Shown here piece by piece: positions 24,052 through 36,300 of a DNA stretch of 64,000 bases (its first letter is position 1; the number at the start of each line of letters is the position of its first letter). The DNA comes from Bugula neritina. Taxonomy: Eukaryota; Animalia; Bryozoa. Below the pieces are notes generated by a model that saw nothing but the letters and a program-made list of their open reading frames with translations, searched no databases and was not told the origin of the DNA. The stretch covers positions 34,099,504 to 34,163,503 of the forward strand of contig OZ037765.1 of the NCBI GenBank assembly GCA_964035545.1. Direction: 5' to 3'. A program made the position numbers and the translations under genes.

Positions 24052-26448
24052 TAATATCAATGTTATATTAGAGGCCAGTGCTTACATACACTAAAAGACT
24101 ATAATATGAAGGAGGATACGTTATTCACTGTTAGATCCTGAGTGACCCCCAGAAAGTCGTAGAGTTTACCGAGTGTATGATAAAGGACGGAGTGTTTGTG
24201 ATCCAAGAGGCACCAGACAGACACTGCCTGGTGGAGTTTCTCAAAACCATCGGCGCCAAGCACCAAGGCACCCACTACGGCGACAACGAGTGGGTCATCA
24301 AAAACGTCCCGACCAGCAAAGACCTGCCCAACTCCAGTAAGAAACTGGAGCTTCACATTGACATGCCATATCTCGCCAAGCCACAGCAGGTACCTGTCAT
24401 ATGGTGTCACATGTTATATGGTGTTACATGTCATACAATATTACATGTTGCACAGGGCCACAATATTACAATGTTCCAGTGTCACACAATGTTCCAGTGT
24501 CACACTATCATGCAGTATCATATAACAATAATTTATGTAGAAATTTTAAATAGAGTTGAAAGAAATTTATAGTCAACATAATTATATTAAAGCACATTAA
24601 ATATAGCAGTTGCAGTATGTTTCTGGAGTGGTATTCGGTTTTGAAATTTATTATAAGCAGCCTCTCCCCATTTCTTAAGTTCTGGCAGGTGGGCGGTGTT
24701 TCTATTAGCCTGAGAAACATAAACTCATAACTTAAAATTCTGCATAATAACTATTGAAGCTACAGACTGAAACGTAACTGAAACCATTGCTACACTTTTT
24801 CGTGTGATAGTTTGTACAATACAGGCTGGTGATGACTTTTAAACTTCTCTTATAGCTTCAGCTCCTGCACTGTCTAATACAATCAGAAGATGGGGGAGAG
24901 AACAAGCTGTCCGATGCCCTCAAGGCAGCTCTGATACTGAAGGAGAAGAAGCCGGACTATTACAGATTACTCAGCACTGTTGAGGTTGACTTCCAGTTTA
25001 TTAAGAAGTACAAGGGGGCACAACACTGGCTCATCTGTAACAGAGCCCCTGTCATACAGTGAGCATAACTCCTACAATTCACCTTCCTACAGTCTTTAGT
25101 CTGAGAATATGCATGTGATTATCGAACTGTAGTAAATGTCACCATAATATGTAGTAGGAGTGTATTAGCCCAGTGCAATACTATAGGGTACATCTATATA
25201 GTGAAGCATATATTTTGTGTCAATGGACTAAATTAAAGATTAGTATGATGGAAGATTTTCCTGCGATAATAACTGACATCTAAACTGATTCCCAGACAAA
25301 ATGCAGACATCAGTGTCCTGTTTAGAAATTCTATAGCTTGTTCCAAAGACATACGAACTACATTATGTTGATGGAATAACTCAATAATTTCTACATATTG
25401 GGTTATCAGAGATACAAACTTGGCTACTGATATTTTAGAGAAGACCCCAAAACAGGACTACCTACTCTTTGTCGGTTTGCAGCAGAAGTGCGCTGTTCCT
25501 CTTTCAACCAGCCTATTGATGTGGTGGAGGCGTGGTTTGAAGCGTTCCGTTACTACTGGAAGATTTTAGAATCCAATGCTATCTTCATCAAATCACAGCC
25601 AGGTTGAGTTTTGATTCACTAGCTGACGTCTTTCATGAAACTAGTTTATCACATAATGTAACAGCTTTAGCTATTCTGTAACAGTATATAACTTGTTTCT
25701 AATATTTAAACTCATATTCAATTAAATTCTAATCAGCATTCGGAAAGAAGACTTGGCTGACAGTTTTGAACATGTTTTTTATAACCAAGTGTTGCAGTAT
25801 TGTTGTTATTGTTATTGTTGTTGTTGTATTGTTGCCCTTTCAAGATGTGATCCAAAGGGCCTTGTTCTACTGGACAAACTCTATCCCCCTAGACACACTT
25901 TGCCGCACCGTAGGTCGTAATGTAAAATCGCAGCCGTTTTTCAAATGTCTGAGTTTTCTTTATGGCGTTGTGGTTCATTGGGATCAAGAACTTCTTGATT
26001 AAAAAAATTTGCGGCTGACTTCTATATGGATAGGAGGTCGCCCAAGTAAATTCATTGGATTTAAATATCTAATGAGATGCCATAGATAATACCTAATAGC
26101 GAACTTTGAGAACTTCAGCCCGTACACATTAAAAATGGCTGACATTTCGCGGCCTATGGTGCGGCATTAAAGTGTCTCTAGGAGGGGGGGGGGAGGTGAG
26201 TAATAGAAGTTCTTTTCTTGTTACACTGAAGTTATCCCCCCTGAGAGCTGCATGTTTATATCAGTAGGTGTATTACAGGAGACATTCTGGCCTTCAACAA
26301 TGGCAGAGTGATGCACGCCAGGGAAGCATTCAACAGTCAGCAAGCTCGGCAGCTGGAAGGAGTGTATGCAGAGTGGGATTATCTTTTGTCAGCATGGAGA
26401 ATGGCCAAAGTGAAACTGAGCAAACAAGTAGCCAATGGGCATTGCTAG
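22362..26448 (+). CDS. BBOX1: Gamma-butyrobetaine dioxygenase-like Fe(II)/2-oxoglutarate oxygenase, ~410 aa, 6 coding exons
   Basis: Exons 22362-22613, 23038-23226, 24135-24389, 24856-25058, 25439-25602, 26279-26448, in phase. N-terminal Zn motif LRDCCPCEKC...WLDGHQSVYSAEWL. Iron ligands in LELHIDMPY and GDILAFNNGRVMHAR. Also LLHCL..GGEN and RQLEGVYAEWD. Family assignment is firm; orthology to BBOX1 is not. Confidence 0.88.
23420..23468 (-). ncRNA. Minimal type I hammerhead ribozyme motif (inverted twin)
   Basis: Same motif on the minus strand, with a perfect stem II GGGTAC/GTACCC. Confidence 0.7.
23471..23519 (+). ncRNA. Minimal type I hammerhead ribozyme motif
   Basis: ATTGCTACT-CTGAAGA-T-GGGTAC AGTG GTACCT-GAA-ATAT-C-AGTGTAAT. 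Core CUGANGA/GAAA, stem II, palindromic ATAT stem III, AUC cleavage triplet (after 23511), bulged stem I. Confidence 0.7.
23686..23953 (-). mobile_element. ~270-bp structured hammerhead-bearing element (retrozyme/PLE-derived) between (TA)n runs
   Basis: Bounded on both sides by (TA)n. Many nested inverted repeats. Hammerhead near the 3' end of the minus strand. Confidence 0.65.
23692..23738 (-). ncRNA. Type I hammerhead ribozyme motif
   Basis: Minus strand TCTGTG-CTGATGA-G-GGGA CAAA TCCC-GAA-ACAG CTG CTGT-T-CACAGA. 6-bp stem I, full core, 4-bp stem II, 4-bp stem III, GUU cleavage triplet. Confidence 0.78.
25884..26190. mobile_element. Degenerate MITE-like element in BBOX1-like intron 5
   Basis: Imperfect ~55-bp inverted repeat: CCTAGACACACTTTGCCGCACCGTAGG..CAGCCGTTTT versus AAAATGGCTG..CCTATGGTGCGGCATTAAAGTGTCTCTAGG. 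No TSD resolved. Confidence 0.5.
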
Positions 26449-27309
26449 CTCAACCAAGTAGCCAATGAACATAACTCTCCCATACAATTGACCAATGAGC
26501 ATAAGTAATGCAGAAGTATACATTATGAGAGCATTTGTTCTTACACTTTAAGTTTCAGACACTGAAGTGAAGCATTGCCACCAACAGGGATCTTACTAAC
26601 TTTAAATATATTTTACTAAACTATATTATGCAGTAATGAGCTAACAGTTGCGTCTTCATATTTACACTTGAACTTTATTTAATAAGTAATTTGGAATTAT
26701 AATGCCGATAGAATGTATAATATACTGCGTAACAATAATATTATGTTCACAACACAATAGATTAACAAATTTATAAATAATACGTACAATAATATATAAA
26801 AATATCCTAAAGTGACCAAAAACTAATTTATATATAAACATTGCATTCGGCAACTTGGCATTGAGCATTGGGTCGTGCAGATAAACTGACTGTTAGTGTA
26901 GTCATCTTAATCAAGAGTACACATGTATCGGAGTCGGCAGAAGTACTTACTAAGGGGGGTGGATAAAGGACGAGAGGGTGGAGGGGGTAGGGGTTAACAC
27001 ATACATATATACCCTGATATATTGGAAATGATTTAATAAGAGTTATGAAATTATATGACTGGTTTGTGGTACGACACAATCTAACAGCAGATGACTTGCG
27101 GCAGCACTAGAGCCGCTGTCAACTGTCAGGGAGGAGACGACTCCTGTAGAAAACGCTGTTCAGTTGTAAGGATTGTCTTCTCTGCGTCTCATATTCATAT
27201 TATGCTGAGTTCTGTACACGTGAAAGACTAAGTTCAGAGGTCAGCAGGCAGCGTGCGGAGAGTGAAAGACGTACAGATTAGTTGATGATGCTGACTTTAC
27301 TACTTGATG

Positions 27310-30300
27310 CTAGAACAGGTCTCCGTTGCTGATGAGCTGTTGCCTGTCTTCCCGGTCCTTGTGGGCCAGTCTCTCTTTGTTCACTGGGGGACCTGTAACC
27401 ATAGCAACGCGTCAGCATAGCAATATGGAGACATAGTAACATGAACTCAGACTGTCTACTAGCATATATACTACAAGATTAGGAGTTATCTCTCCCCACT
27501 CACCTACGAAGCTGAGTAGAACGGGGAGAAATACGAGGCCGTGAAGCAGTCCAAAGGACACGATGCCGACGTACATCCGGAAGTAGAAGACGACAAATAT
27601 CTGGGAGTCAGCGAAGGCAAGCACTACTATACCGACTATCTTGGTGAATGTGATGCCGTTGAGTACCTGCAGGGAGATCATGTCTTCTATTATATTATAT
27701 TATATTATTTTACAATATATTACATTATATTACAATATATTATATTATATTACAATATATTATATTATAATAGTATATTACACTGTATATGCTATTATAC
27801 TATATGATATTATAGTATACTATATGGGTATATTATTATATTACAGTATATGGTAATATACTGTTATATTATACTACTAATATAATTATATGATATATTA
27901 CAATAAATTATATAAACAACTGTTGTGAGAGTAATATTAAAATCAAGCTGCAAGACAGCTGTGTATTGCCGTGTATAGCAAACAGCCTCATTTCTACCTC
28001 TGCCACCAGAGGGAGTGGAGATTAATGTAGAACTAAGACTATAAAGTAGAACTCACGGAGCTGCCCATAGTAGAGAGTGCGTGACGGGCTCTTTCAACTC
28101 TCGTCTTGAGGGGACTCACGGCAAACGAGCGGATGATGTGAGAACAGAATTCCACTGATATACCAACAGTCTGCGGGGAAATATAGTAGAGTATATGGGG
28201 GATATACAGTAGAGTATGTGGGGATATACAGTAGAATGTGTGGGGATATACAGTAGAGTATGTGTGGGGATATACAATAGAGTATGTGGGAATATACAGT
28301 AGAGTATGTGTGGGGATATATAGTAGAGTACGTGTGGGGATATATAGTAGAGTATGTGTGGGGATATACAGTAGAGTATATGTGGGGATATACAGTAGAG
28401 TATGTTTGGGGATATACAGTAGAGTATGTGTGGGGATATACAATCGAGTATGTGGGGATATACAGTAGAGTATATGGGGGATATACAGTAGAGTGTATGT
28501 GGGGATATACAGTAGAGTGTATGTGGGGATATACAGTAGAGTATGTGTGGGGATATACAGTAGAGTATGTTTGGGGATATACAGTAGAGTATGTTTAGGG
28601 ATATACAGTAGAGTATGTGTGGGGATATACAGTAGAGTATGTGTGGGGATATACAGTAGAGTGTATGTGGGGATATACAGTAGAGTATGTTTGGGGATAT
28701 ACAGTAGAGTATGTGTGGGGATATACAGTAGAGTATGTGTGGGGATATACAGTAGAGTATGTGAGGGGATATACAGTAGAGTATGTGAGGGGATATACAG
28801 TAGAGTGTGTGTGGGGATATACAGTAGAGTATGTGGGGATATACAGTAGAGTATGTGTGGGGATATACAGTAGAGTATGTGAGGGGATATACAGTAGAGT
28901 ATGTGTGGGGATATACAGTAGAGTATTTATAGGGATATACAGTAGAGTATGTGCGGGGATATACAGTAGAGTATATTTCATGACTCATAGGCTACTATAT
29001 TCTATGATATGAAAGCTTAGACTGTGAACCAACCATAACTAGGTTGACGAGAGAGACGGCGTTGAGGCTGATGTCCCACAAGTACATCAGGCCGAACATG
29101 CTGTTGACTATCATGGAGATGGTGACGACAGCGATCACCGCTGACCAGATGTCAAAGCCGAGGAGGAGGAAGGTGACGACAAACACGGCAGCCATACAGA
29201 TGAGCAGATTCTGCCAGGTCTGAGTGGCCACTGTCAGGTACTGCTCGTAGAAGACGTGCCATACACTGCCGGTATATAATAATACCGTATACGTACTATA
29301 TATGTATATGTGTATGTGAGTGGTAATATATGGTATACGGTCATGTAATATAATATATAATAAACAGTGACTGGCCTGAATACACAGCATTCATTAGACT
29401 ATATAGAGCACACAGGTTACAGTAACAGGTCTAGTAGAGAGCATTAGAGTTGATATACACACAGACAGACACACAGGCAGACATACACACAGACAGACAC
29501 ACAGACACACCTGTAGGGGAAGACCTCGATATCGTGGCACTGGGTACAGTTGTGTTGAATGGTTCTCTCCAGATCCTTGGCGAGGCCGAGAGAGAAGTTG
29601 AGGGCGTTGATATAGTCGGCGTCCTTCTGCAGCACAGTGTGGTACGTCATGTAGTAGGACGCCCCGACCTTTGTCTCAGAACCCGAGCCAGACAGCTTCA
29701 CAGCATCTCCGTATGCTGCATGACCCCTGAAAGTTATTACATAGTCTACACTCCTTGGAGTAGGCGAGGGTAAGTCTACACCCCTTAGAGTAGTATAGTA
29801 GTACACTCACCCCCTAGAGTAGTATAGTAGTACACCCCTTAGAGTAGTATAGTAGTACACCCCCTAGAGTAGTATAGTAGTACACCCCCTAGAGTAGTAT
29901 AGTAGTACACTCACCCCTTGGAACAAGCAGCTGTGGGATTGTCATGGAGATACCAGTCTAAATATTCCTTAAAATCTTCTGGTTTCGGCCTTCCCTTGTC
30001 AAACGAAGCGTTACAACTTTTACATCCGGGTGTCGTGGTATCTGAAAAACAGGAAATACTAAACTTGTCTGAGGAACACCGTTGATTCTGTGACTATTGT
30101 ATATGTAGGATACTATAAGCATGCAGTTACTATACTATAAGCATACAGTTACTATACTATAAGCATACAGTTACTATACTATAAGCATACAGTTACTATA
30201 CTATAAGCATACAGTTACTATACTATAAGCATACAGTTACTATACTATAAGCATACAGTTACTATACTATAAGCATACATTTACTATACTATAAGCATAC

Positions 30301-33300
30301 AGTTACTATACTATAAGCATACAGATAATATACTATAAGCATACAGTTACTATACTATAAGCATACAGATACTATACTATAAGCACACAGTTACTATACT
30401 ATAAGCACACAGTTACTATACTATAAGCATACAGTTACTATACTATAAGCATACAGATACTATACTATAAGCACACAGTTACTATACTATAAGCACACAG
30501 TTACTATACTATAAGCATACAGTTACTATACTATAAGCATACAGATAATATACTATAAGCACACAGTTACTATACTATAAGCAAACAGATAATATACTAT
30601 AAGCATACAGTTACTATACTATAAGCACACAGTTACTATACTATAAGCATACAGTTACTATACTATAAGCATACAGTTACTATACTATAAGCATACAGTT
30701 ACTATACTATAAGCATACAGTTACTATACTATAAGCATACAGATAATATACTATAAGCATACAGATACTATACTATAAGCACACAGTTACTATACTATAA
30801 GCACACAGTTATCATACTATAAGCACACAGCTGCCGCTACTAACCACTGGAGGAACAGAAAGTCTTCGTCCCGTTATCATCCACAGCGTACCGGCAGCAG
30901 GCTAAGCCTGACGCTGCCGGGGCCACCCATGAGAAATAGTCATCAATCCAGGCAGAGGCAGGGTGAGCAATGTATGTGCTATAAATATGTGTATACAGTA
31001 TAGTATGTATATTAGTATAGTATGTATAGAGTATAGTATGTATATTAGTATAGTATGTATAGAGTATAGTATGTATAGAGTATAGTATGTATATTAGTAT
31101 AGTATGTATATTAGTATAGTATATTAGTACAGAGTATAGTATATTAGTACAGAGTATAATATATTAGTATATAATACAGAGTATAGAGTACAGAGTACAG
31201 AGTATAGAGTAAAGAGTATAGAGTATAGTATAGAGTATAGAGTAGAGTACAGAGTACAGAGTATAGTATAGAGTATAGTATAGAGTATATTAGTATAGAG
31301 TACAGAGTACAGAGTATATAGTAAAGAGTATAGAGTATACAGTATATAGAGTATAGCATGTATACTAACTCACCCGTTGGGTTCCCCTGCTGCCTGGTAG
31401 ATCTGACCGGCCAGGGAGTCGTAGGGGCAGCCCGCGGACCCACACACCATATTCTGCTGCTGCCGGACGCTGTAGTCCAGCCCCGGCTTCACCACAAAGT
31501 ATAGCGGAGCTCCTGTGTATCGTAAGATACAGTGTATAGCAGAGAGTATGTACATGTAAGTGTATAGAGTATGTAGAGTATGTACAGGTAAGTATATAGT
31601 AGAGAGTATATAGAATATATACAGGTAAGTGTATAGAAATTACCTGTAGACAGGTAGGTGTTGATCTCAGACAGATAGTCGATGACGTAAGACCCGCGGG
31701 GCATAGACAGCGTCTGGTCGAGGCCGATATCCAGTTTGTTGACGACAGCGATACAGAAGCAGGCCCAGACGCCGAACACGAGGATGACAAGACTGCGCAC
31801 CCAGTCGGTGAGGAGACCAACCGAGTAGAAGTTCTTGAAGAACGCGTAGAGGATTCCCTCAGACTTATCAGAGTATCTTGGGGGAGTTATCTTCAGACAG
31901 CACGCGACGTCCACTCTGTGTTGCTGTGGAGTGAAACAGGTTATATATATATAGATAGAGGGGATAACTCTACATGCTAAAACTCTCGTTATTTAGAAGA
32001 TAATAAACAAGTCAGTTTGACATGACAGAAATATATGCACTTTGTCCCGCAGTAAACAGATTGACTATCACCGAGCAGGAGTTACAGCGACAACAAGAGA
32101 CAACTCATAATATAGCAGTGTGAGGAAAACTCCGACTCAAACATTGCACTGCACGAGATCCTGAGCTACAGGAGACCACGAGGTGGGGGGGGATACCAAC
32201 CTCACTCCTTTTCATATCCAGACTGATGATGCTGACAAAGCAGGTGATTTGAAGGAGGAAATCAAAGAGGACAGCAAAAGCCGAGTAGAAGGCAAACGTC
32301 TTGACAGCCGGCATCTCAGTCAACCCACCTGCAAGGAGAGAAGTACACAGCTAAAAGTCAAGGTCACTCGTACAAACACTCAGCTAGGGTCAAGGTGACG
32401 CTGACTCACACTCAGCTAAGGTGAAGGTGACGCTGACTCACCGAGGAAGAAGGCGCACACCTCCGTCAGACTAGTCAGCAGCATGCTGGGGCCGATCTTG
32501 CCGAGAACTCTGCCAATCTGTTCCTCCCTCGTCTCACTCACAGCTCTCTGGTCTCTCTGTGGAGGGAAGAGAACTCAATGGGTTACAAGAAGACAAGTAG
32601 CTGAGTGTTGGAATACTTTCAGAGAGACAGACACTGGTTGGTTAATGAACCCCTGTCTAACCAATCATCTACCAGTAACCGCTGCGCTACACAGAATGCA
32701 GTGCGCCATGACTCACCCCGAGAGCGTTGACCAGGATGAAGATGTTGTCGGTGCCGACAGCGAGCACGAGGAAGGGCACGACCTCCAGGATGATGAGAGT
32801 GAGGCTGAAGCCCATGTAGCTGTTGATGCCGATAGAGGAGGCGACGGAGAGCAGCACCACCAGGACTCCGCACATGCCCAGAGAGAACTTCTGCTGCACC
32901 TGCAGGAATAGCGTGTTACTATGGTAACAGTGTGTGTAACTATGTGTAATACAACTTGGTAAACTCAAGTAACTGTTGTTAGAACTCGAGTGCTAGCAAG
33001 AGAGACCGAGTAACAAGAGAGACCGAGTAACAAGAGAGACTGAGTAACAAGAGAGACTGAGTAACAAGAGAGACTGAGTAACAAGAGAGACTGAGTAACA
33101 AGAGAGACTGAGTAACAAGAGAGACTGAGTAACAAGAGAGACTGAGTAACGAGAGAGACTGAGTAACAAGAGAGACTGAGTAACAAGAGAGACTGAGTAA
33201 CAAGAGAGACTGAGTAACAAGAGAGACTGAGTAACAAGAGAGACTGAGTAACAAGAGAGACTGAGTAACAAGAGAGACTGAGTAACAAGAGAGACTGAGT

Positions 33301-36300
33301 AACAAGAGAGACTGAGTAACAAGAGAGACTGAGTAACAAGAGAGACTGAGTAACAAGAGAGACTGAGTAACAAGAGAGACTGAGTAACAAGAGAGACTGA
33401 GTAACAAGAGAGACTGAGTAACAAGAGAGACTGAGTAACAAGAGAGACTGAGTAACAAGAGAGACTGAGTAACAAGAGAGACTGAGTAACAAGAGAGACT
33501 GAGTAACAAGAGAGACTGAGTAACAAGAGAGACTGAGTAACAAGAGAGACTGAGTAACAAGAGAGACTGAGTAACAAGAGAGACTGAGTAACAAGAGAAG
33601 ACTCACCAGCACTTGAGGGGTGCAGCAGGGCAGCCAGTCTCCTAGAGCACAGGCTATGTAGAGGAACATGGCTAGATAGCTGATAGCGATAGTGGCCACG
33701 TCAGACTTACTCGCTCTGGCCAGCTCGTCTTCTATTGACCTCTACAACACGTGCCACTTAGTAATATACACACACGGCATATCTACACGGTAAGCTATAT
33801 AGTATATTATAGAGTATATTAGAATATACAAGATATACACATTCCTCAACCCCTACACTACAACATGCACAGTAAACTAGAGAGAGAGAATAACTCCAAC
33901 CTCCGCACTGTAAGCTATCATCATTCCCTTCTCCTCAGCCTCTTCTCTCACGAACCTCTCAACAAACGTCAAGTACTCTTTCTCCCAGGCTTTGGCCTTG
34001 GCCAGCCGAGGGTCGTCCGGGTTGTGATAGTTGTTGACAGTGAAGGTGACGACGTGGGCCGTGGCCTGCAGGTAGTTGTTACCTGCGCACACAGAACACG
34101 GTACGTTAGTCATGTCTCAGCTAACAACACTGTAACCGTGACAACACTGTAACCACGGCAACACTGTAACTACGGCAACACTGTAACTACGGCAACACTG
34201 TAACCATGGCAACTGAAGAGAAGATAAACTCACCAGAATAACCCCCGAGAGCCACCCAGGGAGAAACCGGTCCGCCAAACTCTGCCAGACAGCTGGAGGC
34301 CAGTTTAGTCGAGTCTATGGTCTGACTGGGATCTCTACAACATGCAGCTATATGTAAGTATATGTATATGTGTATATGTAGGCAGCTAAACTCTGCTGTA
34401 TGTAGGCAGCTAAACTCTGCTATATGTAGGCAGCTAGACTCTGCTATATGTAGGCAGCTAGACTCTGCTATATGTAGGCAGCTAGACTCTGCTATATGTA
34501 GGCAGCTAGACTCTGCTATATGTAGGCAGCTAGACTCTGCTATATGTAGGCAGCTAGACTCTGCTATATGTAGGCAGCTGTATGTAGGCAGCTAGACTCT
34601 GCTGTATGTAGGTAGATTCAGAATAAATAGAGAGACGACTCCAAGAATAAAACGAGTCTAACCCATACGACAGATATAAAAGGCAATACTGCAGCTATAG
34701 CCTAGCACACCGTGATACTAACAATGCATATACTACTGTAACCTTATCATAAAAGGGCCTGTATTTTTGCTAAGGATAATCTTCTGTAATAAAACATTAT
34801 ATTTTAGCAACAAGTTTAAATTCCAAATCTTCAATTACATAATAGCTACTAGACATTCCAAAGGTGTAGCACCAATCAGCTGCTATCAGTATAGATGGGG
34901 GGGGGTCCCGGAGTACACCAGCTGATGGTACTTTGTACTCTGGGGCTGTGATATCAGCCAGGGTATCTCAGAGTTGTACTCAGCCAAGGCCAGAGTGAGA
35001 TAAGACTGTAACACTGTAACACTGTAACACTGTAACACTGTAACACTGTAACACTGTAAGACTGTAACACTGTAACACTGTAAGACTGTAACACTGCACT
35101 GTAACACTGTAACACTGTAACACTGCGCTATGTGCTGTAACACTGCGCTATGTGCTGTAAGACTGTAACACTGTAAGACTGTAACACTGTAACACTGCAC
35201 TGTAACACTGTAACACTGTAACACTGCGCTATGTGCTGTAACACTGTAACACTGCGCTATGTGCTGTAAGACTGTAACACTGTAACACTGTAACACTGTA
35301 ACACTGCACTGTAACACTGTAACACTGTAAGACTGTAAGACTGTAAGACTGTAAGACTGTAACACTGTAACACTGCGCTGTGTTGTAGTTACTGGATGGT
35401 CCAAGGGTCACCCTAGCAGAGCACGTGTCTATCATATCACATAGTTCAGAGTGAACTTCAGAGTAAACTCGTTAGAGAAAGTGTGTGAGAATCAGACAAA
35501 ATGAACATCTACCAACTTTTAGAACAAATACAGCTTATAACCACAAACTTCTGCGTTCAGCTGCAGGACTTCTGCGTTCAGCTGCAGAAGTCCTGCATTC
35601 AGGTGCTGGAGTTCTGCATTCAGGTGCAGAAGTTATACACTCAGCTGTAAGGTACAACACAACCTGAAGGTATATTATGTAACAAACCCCAGCACTTCAC
35701 ATCTGTGGTGAGGTTGAAATGAATAGCTCAACAACAAACTTGACCTGGCTTACACAAGAGTCACTAGCCAAGCACTCAAGTCACTTACCAAGTACTCAAG
35801 TCACTTACCGAGTACTCAAGTCACTAGCCAAGCACTCAAGTCACTTACCCTGTACATGACTTGATATGGTCCACGTAATCGGCAAGAGTGTTGAAGAAAT
35901 CAGTCACTTTCCTCTCGAGGGCCGTCTCGTTGTTCTACAACAGACAGAAAGTGATGTCACAATGTACTCTATATCCTGTGCATAACAAGGAGGTTGATAG
36001 CAGAACTGGGCAGCTTATTTATTTGAATTTCTGTAAAGTTTGGTAAGATAACTCTAAACACACAGATAAGATAGTTGTCAGTTATCACGGCCTGTTATCT
36101 TAGCTATGGAAGGTGAGCAAGTGGGGGGGGGTTGACCTGCAGGTCGTTTACAGGAGAGTTTATCAGCTGTAATGACTGGCCATGTTAGGCCATAGGGTAA
36201 TGGAGACAAATTGAGTTAAGATGAAGGAATTAACTCGTTATTTCATATAATGACTGCCAAGAAGATTAGAAATATTCTGTTATACAGCTGAACAAGACAA

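Noticed and set aside
9661-26448. FADS6, gamma-lyase and dioxygenase as a biosynthetic gene cluster
   Set aside because: No shared pathway can be supported; adjacency of metabolic genes is expected in a gene-dense animal genome.
28039-29012. Multiple 76-290 aa ORFs (ILYCISPH / WGYTVEY repeats)
   Set aside because: They are translations of the 24-nt array; only 28170-28057 is a real exon.
32965-33600. Leu/Ser-rich ORFs of 193-244 aa
   Set aside because: They are read-through of the 17-nt array beyond the donor at 33606.
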